From positions 1 through 34,398 of IMG/VR virus record IMGVR_UViG_3300020045_006615: a stretch of 34,398 bases of DNA, one strand, 5' to 3'. Below the pieces are notes generated by a model. That model ran no database searches and was not told the origin of the DNA. It saw only the letters and a list, made by a program, of their open reading frames with translations. This document shows, piece after piece, positions 26,139-34,398 of the stretch (position 1 is its first letter; every line of letters begins with the position of its first letter). This DNA comes from a virus (taxonomy: Duplodnaviria > Caudoviricetes). A program made the translations under genes and the position numbers.

Positions 26139-26247
26139 AGGAACTTTCGCTGGGGTTGTGAATGCCCGTGCGCCACCACGCCCACCCCAGCGAGAGGTGA
26201 AACGCGGCAGCGTCGGTGCGAGGGATGGCCGGAAGTGGCCGGGGAAT

Positions 26248-26329
26248 AAAAAAAGCCCGCTGGTTAGGCGGGCCGCTCGTTTCCAACAACGAAAATTGCT
26301 GGCGTAAAAAAACCCGCTCGGGGCGGGTT
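26248..26329 (-). terminator. two tandem intrinsic terminator-like hairpins after the GIY-YIG gene
   Basis: CCCGC-loop-GCGGG stems each followed by T7 (26306-26329 and 26248-26273). Confidence 0.75.
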
Positions 26330-26346
26330 GTGGGAACTCTGTTTTG

Positions 26347-27189
26347 CTAGGCGTATGCCCAGCGGTATCCGTAGGCTTGTGTGTAGCCTCTGTAGCCCTT
26401 GGCTGCGGCAATCAGTGCCGACTTCGCGGCCTTTGTGTGGCCCTTTGATACCAGCCACTGGACAGCATCTGCGATTGAACCGAAGCCTATGTCGGGGTCA
26501 AGACACCGAAAAGGCTTAACCGTCGCAGCCTTGGCTGCCTCATGGACATGGCCTGCTAGCGGCTTGCCTTTTCTGGCCTTGCTAATCGCCTCGCCAGTGC
26601 GCTTGCGCTTCTCGGGGCAACTCAGAATCAAATTGACCTTTGCGCGAACTTCGGGCGATGCGTTCAATTTTCGGAGGTGATCTATTTGCTTTTCGCTAGC
26701 GGTCGTGATTGCCTTTACCGCTTTAATTGATGCGGACTTTTTTGCAACCGTTTCCGGTCTACTTTGAGCCTTACTTATCTTGGCTTTGTACTCAGGTGTG
26801 CTGAACATGGCCAGCATCTTTGCTCGATGCTCAGGCGTCCAGACCTTGCCTTTGTTTGATGCGCTGATCTTTGCCTTGGCCTCTGGTGTGAACCTGTAGC
26901 CAGACGATGTTTCACCGCCGTCCGTCAGGTTGCACAGTGCATTTCCGTAAAGAGCGATCAACTCGCGCTCTAGTTCAAGCGCCCACCATTCCTGCATATC
27001 GGCCTGCACGATTTCCACCGTGCGCCCGTACTTGGCTTCGATTCGTTTCCAGTATTCGCTGCGGCTGATCTTCTGCCAGGCTCTTTCGCCTTTGCCTTTG
27101 CCGACGTAAAAAATGCTGTTGTCTGTAGCGCGCTTGTGAACGTAGACGTAATAACCCAGTTCGCGCCGCGATAAAATCGCATCAGCCAT
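26347..27189 (-). CDS. GIY-YIG endonuclease with NUMOD3-like repeats
   Basis: YYVYVH...FYVGKG..R, ERELI, NLTDGGE; basic TPEAKAKISAS-type repeats; GYRWAY end; AGGAG RBS. Confidence 0.85.
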   Translation of the reverse strand: MADAILSRRELGYYVYVHKRATDNSIFYVGKGKGERAWQKISRSEYWKRIEAKYGRTVEIVQADMQEWWALELERELIALYGNALCNLTDGGETSSGYRFTPEAKAKISASNKGKVWTPEHRAKMLAMFSTPEYKAKISKAQSRPETVAKKSASIKAVKAITTASEKQIDHLRKLNASPEVRAKVNLILSCPEKRKRTGEAISKARKGKPLAGHVHEAAKAATVKPFRCLDPDIGFGSIADAVQWLVSKGHTKAAKSALIAAAKGYRGYTQAYGYRWAYA

Positions 27190-27255
27190 GATGTAGTTCA
27201 CTCCTACTGATTGGTTAGAGCCCGCATCGCATTCCACTGCTTTGCGGGCTCGTTT

Positions 27256-27287
27256 ATTTTATCGCACCACGCTGTATTTGCATACAG
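27256..27287 (-). promoter_or_regulatory. LexA (SOS) box overlapping a promoter for the GIY-YIG gene
   Basis: CTGTATTTGCATACAG (27272-27287) matches CTGT-N8-ACAG; TAAAAT -10 at 27261-27256. Confidence 0.7.
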
Positions 27288-27330
27288 AAAGCGCCCAAAT
27301 GAAATACCGGTTTGCACCGGCTTTTTTCAA

Positions 27331-27792
27331 TTAGGGGGCTTCAACTGTGATGATGCCAACACCGGCGGCGGTGGCTGTGATTTCAAGCGTCGAAGTCGCC
27401 GTGGTGATGGAGTCCACGTTGTTGATACCAATCTTGAACATCATTACTTTCGCTTGAAAGTAATAGACAGTTCCGTCCTGAATCTCAACCTTGAAGCTGT
27501 AATCAGCATCAGAGACATTGGCGGCATTCATGATGATCTGACCGGCATCGGCATTGTCTAGGCCAAGGGTCAAAGCCATCGAACCCATGTTCTGAGAGCC
27601 TTTGAATTTCTGCGTCACCCGAGTGCCAATCGGGTTATGCGTCACAAGCGTGTTCTCAAGGCCAAATTCCCCTAAATCGGTAATTTCGCCGACCGCTGTA
27701 AACGTCAGGGCTTCATAGCCCGCTTCGTTGAAGGTTGCGGGGATGCCTGCGGAGACGCTGAGAATCGTCCCTGCGGAGGTTGCTACTGTCAT
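27331..27792 (-). CDS. major tail protein
   Basis: VGEITDLGEFG, KFKGSQNMG, YYFQAKVM motifs; follows the tail terminator. Confidence 0.85.
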   Translation of the reverse strand: MTVATSAGTILSVSAGIPATFNEAGYEALTFTAVGEITDLGEFGLENTLVTHNPIGTRVTQKFKGSQNMGSMALTLGLDNADAGQIIMNAANVSDADYSFKVEIQDGTVYYFQAKVMMFKIGINNVDSITTATSTLEITATAAGVGIITVEAP

Positions 27793-27807
27793 GACTAGCC
27801 TTTCAAG

Positions 27808-27856
27808 AAAAAAAGCCCGCAGGGCGCGGGCATAAAAAAACCCGCACAAGGCGGGC
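27808..27856 (-). terminator. two tandem terminator-like hairpins before the major tail gene
   Basis: Two CCCGC-loop-GCGGG stems each followed by T7. Confidence 0.7.
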
Positions 27857-27876
27857 ATTCGGTGGAGTCGGTAGGT

Positions 27877-28275
27877 CTATTCGTACCAACGGAGGATGTA
27901 ATCGGCGGGTTGTGTCCACACCCCCGCTTCGTCGTCCCTGTCGGCAGGGCCAAGGAACTGGAAGCGGCAACTGATGACCAACTTCCCGGCGAAGGTTTGC
28001 TGGTGTTTGAAGTCAATCGCCGCACGCACAGCGGCATGAATGGATTTGACCTCGGGGATGCTCTCAGCGAGCGGGTTGATCTGAATTCGTGCGGTGGCGC
28101 GTTGTGCGCCGTTCTGGAAGGCAATATTCGGCTCGGGCTGCGCGTCAATGACCTGGTACACCAGCGCGGGCATGGCTGTGTTCTGCGGTAGCTGGGCCAG
28201 TGCGCGGCGCGTACCCACGAGCGCAGTCACGCCCGCCACATTCAGCATGGCGGCGATCACAAGCTCTGGATTCAT
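27877..28275 (-). CDS. tail terminator (DUF3168-like)
   Basis: Synteny; VTALVGTR, PALVYQVI, RIQI motifs. Confidence 0.78.
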   Translation of the reverse strand: MNPELVIAAMLNVAGVTALVGTRRALAQLPQNTAMPALVYQVIDAQPEPNIAFQNGAQRATARIQINPLAESIPEVKSIHAAVRAAIDFKHQQTFAGKLVISCRFQFLGPADRDDEAGVWTQPADYILRWYE

Positions 28276-28745
28276 TTCCCGGCTTTCTTGAACTCTTTAG
28301 GGATGCGCTCGGCAACGTATTGCTTGAACGCCTCCAACGCCGGGCCTTGGGCGGCATCAAACGCAGGCCGCATGAATGGCCGTGCGGGTTGACCGGGGTG
28401 GCTCACGACTTCACGCGCCAGGCCCGCGAAGAACAGGCTTTTCCGGTTCTTTGGTTTAATGAAGTGGGCGGCGGTGCCGAACTCCACAAACCGGGCGTAG
28501 AAGGCTTTTTTGTCGCCAGCGGTCACACTGGCGGACACCTCGCCGCGCTTGTTTCGCGTGCGCACCTTGATGCTGTTTTTCAGGTCGCCATCGTCAACCG
28601 GCACATTGGCCTTGACTTCAGATTCCATGACCTTGGACGCGGCACGCATCCCACCGCGCAGGACATTGGCCTCAATGCGGGCAGGCAACTCCTGCAAAGC
28701 CTTGTTCAGCTCTGCCAAGCCATCAATGCGGAATTCATTGGCCAA
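28272..28745 (-). CDS. HK97 gp10-like tail completion protein
   Basis: IDGLAEL, VPVDDGDLKNSI, YARFVEFGT, PARPFMRPA; TTG start with GAGGG RBS. Confidence 0.85.
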   Translation of the reverse strand: MANEFRIDGLAELNKALQELPARIEANVLRGGMRAASKVMESEVKANVPVDDGDLKNSIKVRTRNKRGEVSASVTAGDKKAFYARFVEFGTAAHFIKPKNRKSLFFAGLAREVVSHPGQPARPFMRPAFDAAQGPALEAFKQYVAERIPKEFKKAGK

Positions 28746-29091
28746 CTGGATTGCCCTCGGTGCAGTCAAAAACGATGTGCCTGCGGCCTTCGTCGAGGTC
28801 GCGCCCGGACGTGATTCCAAAGATGCGCGTGCCCACTGGTGTGACGTACTGAATCCGCCATGCACCGGCCTGCACTGGCGGCATGAACTGCGCTTGATAG
28901 CGCACAGCCACGGTGTGGGTCAGGGTTGATTCAATCGCCATTGCAGCCAAGCGCTCACGCCCACCGATAGGCCGGATGTTTGCCCAGACGGTGGCAATAT
29001 CTGTCCACGAATTCAGTTCTTGGCCGTAATCGTCTGTTGTGGTGACGCGGCGCTGCACCGTGATTCGACGGTCTAGACGGCCAATGTTCAT
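28735..29091 (-). CDS. head closure (stopper) protein
   Basis: MNIGRLDRRITVQ, DDYG, TVWANI motifs of SPP1 gp16-like proteins. Confidence 0.85.
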   Translation of the reverse strand: MNIGRLDRRITVQRRVTTTDDYGQELNSWTDIATVWANIRPIGGRERLAAMAIESTLTHTVAVRYQAQFMPPVQAGAWRIQYVTPVGTRIFGITSGRDLDEGRRHIVFDCTEGNPVGQ

Positions 29092-29567
29092 ACGCCCATG
29101 AACTCGCGGTACGGTTGCAGGATGTAAAGCGAACCCATCGGCAACTCAGCCACCCGGCCATCCTCTTGAACGTCTTGGCGGTTCTCGTACAAGTGGCCCA
29201 GAATCAGCAGTACAGCGGCCTTAATCAAGTCATCCATCACCACACCGGCGTAGATGGCGCGGGCTGTGGTTTGTGCGCTGGCGTAGGTGTAGCGGGCCGA
29301 TTCAATGGCGATTTCACGGGCGCGTTCGTCGGTGATGGCGTCGGCTGCGAGAATCGCGGCATCGTAGGCAATGCCTGCGGCTTGCAACGTGGCTTGTGCG
29401 CCCGACATGGCCGTTGTCAGTGCGTCTTGGTCGGCGAAGATTCGCCGATTCAGGAACTTCTGCGCGATGGACTCAGACGCAGCCACCATGCTTGTTATTT
29501 CGGTGTCGCTGTCGGTGTCGTCAACCCTCAGATGGGCTTTTGCGACTTCCAAGCTGATGATGCTCAT
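29088..29567 (-). CDS. head-tail connector (HK97 gp6-like)
   Basis: SLEVAKAHLRVD and IKAAVLLILGHLYENR motifs. Confidence 0.88.
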   Translation of the reverse strand: MSIISLEVAKAHLRVDDTDSDTEITSMVAASESIAQKFLNRRIFADQDALTTAMSGAQATLQAAGIAYDAAILAADAITDERAREIAIESARYTYASAQTTARAIYAGVVMDDLIKAAVLLILGHLYENRQDVQEDGRVAELPMGSLYILQPYREFMGV

Positions 29568-29773
29568 TTTTGGCCGCGCTTCTTGCGGGTTGGTGCCACT
29601 TCTTCAACAACATCAGGTTTCTCGACTGGCGCAGCGGGTGGCTGGCTGTAAACCGCAACACCCAGTTCAACAAGATGCTTTGCCATAGCCTCGTTGGTGC
29701 GCAGCGTGTCGCCAGGCGCAAAACCGCCGAATGCGCTGTTTGAGCCAAATGCTTTGAATTTGATTTGAACCAT
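29564..29773 (-). CDS. hypothetical protein downstream of capsid
   Basis: GGAGG RBS, coupled to the connector, basic tail. Confidence 0.7.
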   Translation of the reverse strand: MVQIKFKAFGSNSAFGGFAPGDTLRTNEAMAKHLVELGVAVYSQPPAAPVEKPDVVEEVAPTRKKRGQK

Positions 29774-29788
29774 GACAGTCCCTCCAGT

Positions 29789-29810
29789 AAGAAAGCCCCT
29801 TTCGGGGCTT
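29789..29810 (-). terminator. hairpin/terminator after capsid gene
   Basis: AAGCCCC-GAAA-GGGGCTT with a short T tract. Confidence 0.55.
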
Positions 29811-29827
29811 CCTTGGTTGAGTGGCTG

Positions 29828-30985
29828 TTAGGCCGGGGTCAGGTCACCCGCACGGATGGCGGCGGGAACTTCACTTGTCAGGGCCAGACGGCGCTCGGCG
29901 CGGAGCGTAATCAGGTTCTTGGTGAAGTTGTCGCTGTCCGACTCGGACATTTGCACCACAACGCCTTCGCGGTTGTAGATGTTGCCGTGCTGGCGGAAGT
30001 CGCCCACAGCGAAGGTGTCGGCAGTCATGCCCACCGACTTGACGACTGGCACACCCCACAACATCGGCATACCGGCTTCGGTGTAGCTGACGCGCACTGC
30101 GTTGACAGCCGAAGTCAGCAGGTCGATTTCGATGGTTGCCCAGTCGGCAGGGTTCAGCACGATTGCGCCTGGCGCGTAGCCTGCAACTTCCAAGTCCGCA
30201 ATGATCTTGCGAATCAGAACCAGCTTTTTCAGGCTGGAACCCAGCGCAGCGTCGGCGTAACCGTGTGCGGTGAAGTTGCCGGTGTCCAGGAAGCCGCTGA
30301 TGTTGGGCGCAACACCGTCACCGCTGACCAGCTGGGTTTCAACCTTGCGCTGCACACCGTAGCGCATACGTGCTTCAACGTATGCAGCAAGCGCGGTGTT
30401 GTCCATTGCCAGTTGGCGGCTGATTTTGATCCAGTGCGCGACGGTAGCGATGGGCGTGTTCACCAGCGAGAACGTCACTGCCGATTCAGGCTTGGCCGCG
30501 CCTTCTGCCGTCTCTGCCGCCGAGTTTGTGAAAGAGGCTTCTTTCGTGAACTCGATGGCGTTGCTGGCGGTTGGGATGCTGGCGTACAGAGATTCAATCG
30601 TCAGGATGTTGCTGGCACCGGGAACGATGCCAGGGCGGCGGTCAGGGGCCACAGTGGTGTCAGAGCCAACAATGGTGTTTTTCACTTCCAGGCGGGCCTT
30701 TTGGGTCGCGCCAGACTGGAAAGCCTTGTAGCTCTCGCTTTTGGTGAACTGTGCGCCCCAGCCTTCATCGGACTTTTCGCCTTCGGGACGCAGAACGCCC
30801 TTTTGCTCCAAGGTTGTCAGACGGTCAGCGAATTCACGCTGTTGCAGGCCGATGCTGTCCAGCGCGGTCTTGGTGTCGGTTGTGACCTTGCCAAGCGTTT
30901 TCATTTCGCCGTCTGCCTTTTCGGACATAGCGGCCAGATTTGCCTCGACTTTTTCGAGGGACTTCATGATGACTTCAATGGTCAT
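29828..30985 (-). CDS. major capsid protein, HK97 fold
   Basis: Coiled-coil delta domain, AETAEGAAKPES, IVLNPADW, FAVGDF, FTKNLITLRAERR. Confidence 0.95.
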   Translation of the reverse strand: MTIEVIMKSLEKVEANLAAMSEKADGEMKTLGKVTTDTKTALDSIGLQQREFADRLTTLEQKGVLRPEGEKSDEGWGAQFTKSESYKAFQSGATQKARLEVKNTIVGSDTTVAPDRRPGIVPGASNILTIESLYASIPTASNAIEFTKEASFTNSAAETAEGAAKPESAVTFSLVNTPIATVAHWIKISRQLAMDNTALAAYVEARMRYGVQRKVETQLVSGDGVAPNISGFLDTGNFTAHGYADAALGSSLKKLVLIRKIIADLEVAGYAPGAIVLNPADWATIEIDLLTSAVNAVRVSYTEAGMPMLWGVPVVKSVGMTADTFAVGDFRQHGNIYNREGVVVQMSESDSDNFTKNLITLRAERRLALTSEVPAAIRAGDLTPA

Positions 30986-31003
30986 GATTTACCTTTCGGG
31001 AAT

Positions 31004-31027
31004 AAAAAAAGCCACCCGAAGGTGGCT
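31004..31027 (-). terminator. terminator-like hairpin before capsid gene
   Basis: AGCCACC-TTCG-GGTGGCT followed by a T run. Confidence 0.7.
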
Positions 31028-31048
31028 GGTTGGTTGCGGAATGCGCGC

Positions 31049-31729
31049 CTACGCGCCGACAGCAAGGCGCTCTATGCGCTTGGCAATGTCGGCGATTGCT
31101 TTCGCCTCGGCATCTTCTTGAGCATCCCGCCCCATGAAGATGGCCTTAGCGCGGGAGACGAGCGCCATCGCCTCCCACTTGCCCAGCCCCGCATCCCGCA
31201 GTAGCTGTTCAATGTCGCGTTCGGTCTTGCACTCAGGCAACACCGATTCAAAGTCAATGGATTTCACGCTGGAGAGGTCAACGCGGGCGGCGTTGTCTGC
31301 CGGGAAAACAACCGGCGACACCTCCATCAGCTTCGACCACTTTCGGATGACGCGCCCGTTTTCGGTTTCGTCGTAATCGCCCGCTTTGATATAGCCACCG
31401 ATGCTCAGGCCGTCCAGGGTGCCGTGCATCATGGCGGCGCGAACGTCTGCCGATAGGCCCAGGCCGGGGGTAAGTTCACCTTCGACATACAGGCCGTGAT
31501 CGTCCTCTTTGGCCACCGTCCATTTGCCGATTGGCATATTCCATTCGTGGTTGAAGAACATCTTTGGCTTGCCGTTGGCGCGTAGCGTGGACTCAAAAGC
31601 GCCCTTCACGATGGTGTCGCCGTAGCTGTCGATGCCACCAAAGACTGAGGCATAGCCGCAGAATTTGCCGTTTTCCCCCTCCATCTTGAGAGAGACGGCA
31701 GACAGTGGGATGGTTTTGTGTAGAAGCAT
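31049..31729 (-). CDS. HK97-family prohead protease
   Basis: GYASVFGGIDSYGD, FNH, GLSIG, EVSPVVFPA. Confidence 0.93.
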   Translation of the reverse strand: MLLHKTIPLSAVSLKMEGENGKFCGYASVFGGIDSYGDTIVKGAFESTLRANGKPKMFFNHEWNMPIGKWTVAKEDDHGLYVEGELTPGLGLSADVRAAMMHGTLDGLSIGGYIKAGDYDETENGRVIRKWSKLMEVSPVVFPADNAARVDLSSVKSIDFESVLPECKTERDIEQLLRDAGLGKWEAMALVSRAKAIFMGRDAQEDAEAKAIADIAKRIERLAVGA

Positions 31730-31738
31730 GAAGCCCCC

Positions 31739-32980
31739 TTATTGCAAAATTGGTTCTGTTGGCACTGCGGCACCTGGTGCTGTCGCTCCCATCTTGTCGA
31801 GCGGCACAAGGTTGGTCTGCGCGGTCAGTGCATCCGCGCCCTCCATCGGTGGCAGGTTTTCCAACTGGCGCACTTCGTTGCGGGTCATCAGCCCGTTCTG
31901 TACGTGCTTGGAATACAGCTCGGCGCGGTCTTTGGCGTTGCCGCGCAGCAAGGCGTCAAAACCGAATTCAGCGGCCATGCGGACGCGCTGCGATGGCGTC
32001 ATGACTTGCTTGCGGACGGCCTGCTCAATGCACACCAGCAATGGGCGGACGCTGAGCTTGTACCAGCCGTCAAGGATGGAATCAATGCCGCTGCCCCATG
32101 TGGTCACATTGCTGTGGTGAACCAGAACAGGCGGCACATCAAACCAGCGGCAGACCTCTTCAATGCCGTACTTGCGCGACTCCAAAAGCTGCTGGTCTTC
32201 GGGAGACATGGCAAGCTGTTTGTATTCCATCTTGGCTTCCAAGACGTACAGCCGCCCGGTATTGCCTGCGGCCATGTCGCCAAAGTTCTTGCGGATGGCT
32301 TCGCGCTGTTCCGGCGTCAGCACCCGGTCAATCATCAGCGCGCCTGTGGGCTTGCCGTGCGAACCAAACAAGCGGCTTGCGGTTGTTTGCGCCTTGGATG
32401 CTTCGTCAGTGGTGGCCCGCATGAATTCGAGCTTTGACAGGCCCACGGTGCCATTGCCAAGCCCTTTTAGGTGCAGCACGTTTTGTGCGGCGATCACCTG
32501 AGTTTCAAGCTCTGAGCGGTAGCAGTAGACAATCTGCCCGTCATCGAGGACGTACTGCGTCACTTGGTCGGCCGGCATGGGCCACATGGCCAACGCTTCG
32601 CCGGTTGATTCTTCGCGGTCAATTCGTGCGTAGGCATTGCCGCGCAGGTCGTGATTCATCATCATCGCCCGCCAAAACTCGAACGGCGTCATCCGCGCAT
32701 TCGGGCTGTCGTGCAGTAGGCCGTACAACCGGGAGTTGCGGGCCAGCGTCTTCTGTCCGTCCATCTGACGGTCATAGACAAAGAACGGCAGCGAACCGAC
32801 CACGTTGGCGCGGCGGTCAATGCACGACCACACGGCGGCAATTTGCAGCGCGCCGTCAGGGTTAATCAGGCGCGTGTCTTCAACCAGCGAGACGCCAGGA
32901 ATCGGGTGCTGCTCTCCCAGCTGCTCGGTAAGGACGGTGCCGCCCCGGAACAACCCTAGGAAATTCTGAAAGAAGGCCAT
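31739..32980 (-). CDS. portal protein, HK97 family
   Basis: PNARMTPFEFW, LRGNAY, VLHLK, FDVPP, MTRNEVRQLENLPP. Confidence 0.95.
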   Translation of the reverse strand: MAFFQNFLGLFRGGTVLTEQLGEQHPIPGVSLVEDTRLINPDGALQIAAVWSCIDRRANVVGSLPFFVYDRQMDGQKTLARNSRLYGLLHDSPNARMTPFEFWRAMMMNHDLRGNAYARIDREESTGEALAMWPMPADQVTQYVLDDGQIVYCYRSELETQVIAAQNVLHLKGLGNGTVGLSKLEFMRATTDEASKAQTTASRLFGSHGKPTGALMIDRVLTPEQREAIRKNFGDMAAGNTGRLYVLEAKMEYKQLAMSPEDQQLLESRKYGIEEVCRWFDVPPVLVHHSNVTTWGSGIDSILDGWYKLSVRPLLVCIEQAVRKQVMTPSQRVRMAAEFGFDALLRGNAKDRAELYSKHVQNGLMTRNEVRQLENLPPMEGADALTAQTNLVPLDKMGATAPGAAVPTEPILQ

Positions 32981-34398
32981 TAGCTGTGAACCGGGCTGTT
33001 CAGAAAGTCATCAATCGGGCTACCTGACGCCTCAGACGGCATTGCGCCTACAGCCATTGCAAGTGCAACCATGCCGTCAATCCTTCCTGTCGCTTTGGAC
33101 TTTGTAAATTTGCGGTTGCCTGCCGGGTCGGACACCGTGACGGCATTGGCGGCGCACATAGTCAAGACCGGGTGCGCTCCGTGTTTGAGCCTGCGGGCCA
33201 GTAGCTTGGCCTCAAGCTCTCGAATGGCGGGGGACATTGAAACAAAGCCTTGGCCGAATTCCACGAACCGGGCCAGCTCTTCTTCGGTGAAGCCCACGCG
33301 CTCTAGCCAGGGCTTCAAAAATCTCATGTTGTAGCGGTCAAACGCCAGCGCCTGCACGCTGCACCTGTCGAACAAACCCCGGAGGTATTCAGCGATGAAT
33401 TCGTACTCAATCGCCCGCCCTGGGGTGGTCTGCAACAGGCCATCGGACGCCCAAACGTCATAGGGCACCCGGTCTGTGCGGCTCTTTTCGGTCAATCCCT
33501 CTTCGGGTAGCCAGAAGGTGGGGTGAACATCACCGTCTTCTGTGACCAAAACAAGGGCGGTCAGGTCGGAAACACTGGACAAATCCAGCCCGCCGTAGAC
33601 GGTTTGGCCGTCCAGTTCGTCGGGTTCTGCGCTGTTTTCCAGCCAGATGGCCCGCGCAATGAACGGGTTGCGGGCCTCTACGCGCTGATTCAAAATCAGA
33701 TTTCGGAAGCTGGCCTCCCGGCTTGGCAGGCGGCGGGCGTCTTCTGCCTGGCGGAACACTTCAACTTTGTTCATGAAGTCGTCAAAGTGCGGATTCGCTG
33801 CCCGGATGGCGTCTTCACCAAACGGGTCGGCGTCAATCGGCGCCGTGTACAGCTCGACTTTCAGCGTCGGGTCTGTGCCGGTCAGAGCATCATCAATTAA
33901 CAGACTCAGCAGGTCGGCATCTGTCGGCGCTTGCGTGCTGATGATGATACTCAGCGGGCTTTCCTGCGCCCCGGCAGCTGTCTCCAGCGCCTCGTACAAC
34001 TGGGATCGCGGCCCCCGTACCTGCCCCAGCTCATCATGAACAACAAACACCGGGGACAGACCGTAGGCGGTAGACGCATCGGCAGACAATGCCCGGTACA
34101 GTGTCCCAAGCTCATCGCAATAGAGTTGCTTGGCAGTCTCCCTGATCCCCACAAACGAACTCAACTCCGGCGATAACCGGATGACTTTTGCCATCAGGTT
34201 AAACAGTATCCCCGCCTGGTCCCGCGACTGGGCTGCCGAATACAGCTGACTATTCGCCCTGGCCTCTGGTCCACATAAGTGCAGTAGGCAGATAAATCCG
34301 CTCAGGGCCGTTTTCGCATTCTTCCTGCCAAACGAGATAATCGCCCGGCGAGTAGGCGTGTCATAAACCGACTTGATCGCCGCCCGCTGCCACTTCCT
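32980..34398 (-). CDS. terL: terminase large subunit (5'-truncated by window edge)
   Basis: Frame open to the window end with Walker A GRKNAKT, VVHDELG Walker B, GGLDLS nuclease motif, RIDGMVALAMA. Confidence 0.93.
   Translation of the reverse strand, partial: RKWQRAAIKSVYDTPTRRAIISFGRKNAKTALSGFICLLHLCGPEARANSQLYSAAQSRDQAGILFNLMAKVIRLSPELSSFVGIRETAKQLYCDELGTLYRALSADASTAYGLSPVFVVHDELGQVRGPRSQLYEALETAAGAQESPLSIIISTQAPTDADLLSLLIDDALTGTDPTLKVELYTAPIDADPFGEDAIRAANPHFDDFMNKVEVFRQAEDARRLPSREASFRNLILNQRVEARNPFIARAIWLENSAEPDELDGQTVYGGLDLSSVSDLTALVLVTEDGDVHPTFWLPEEGLTEKSRTDRVPYDVWASDGLLQTTPGRAIEYEFIAEYLRGLFDRCSVQALAFDRYNMRFLKPWLERVGFTEEELARFVEFGQGFVSMSPAIRELEAKLLARRLKHGAHPVLTMCAANAVTVSDPAGNRKFTKSKATGRIDGMVALAMAVGAMPSEASGSPIDDFLNSPVHS

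Noticed and set aside
29765-31204. 479-aa plus-strand ORF
   Set aside because: Antisense shadow of the codon-biased capsid gene; no motifs or RBS
1-34398. CRISPR array, IS element, rRNA or intact RNA gene
   Set aside because: No regularly spaced repeat-spacer units, transposase or rRNA-like sequence seen by eye
33880-34398. Possible codon-usage shift in the terL 5' part (mosaic junction)
   Set aside because: Only an impression; the frame is continuous and it cannot be quantified without computation

Overview
The window is most of a temperate, lambda-organised siphophage genome with an HK97-type head. A Betaproteobacterial host is a guess from the tRNA-Leu sequence, GC-rich codons and a CTGT-N8-ACAG SOS box. 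The phage appears to be in its excised form, because an attP carrying the 3' half of tRNA-Leu(CAA) has phage genes on both sides. Left to right: a minus-strand PR operon (cro, small ORFs, CII-like, O-like initiator with internal iterons, SF4 helicase, RusA-like); cI followed by three envelope-protein genes; a plus-strand PL operon (small ORFs, HNH endonuclease, Sak4/SSB-like/Gp157 module, MazG-like protein, xis-like, tyrosine integrase); attP; then the minus-strand late operon, which in transcription order runs from a 5'-truncated TerL through portal, protease, capsid, connectors, major tail protein, an inserted GIY-YIG endonuclease, G/GT chaperones with a -1 frameshift, tape measure, tail tip/fibre and lysis genes. 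The most unusual signals are: (i) a double-coded cII-cro interval, with a putative PRE-like promoter and a 397-codon antisense ORF whose stop overlaps a cI ATG; (ii) a LexA-box-controlled GIY-YIG cassette in the tail operon; (iii) a GU-rich two-state RNA structure in front of the tail chaperone; (iv) a lipobox-bearing ORF overprinted on a holin-like gene; (v) a two-gene fusion produced by a single extra base. All product calls come from motif recognition and synteny only; no database searches were run.
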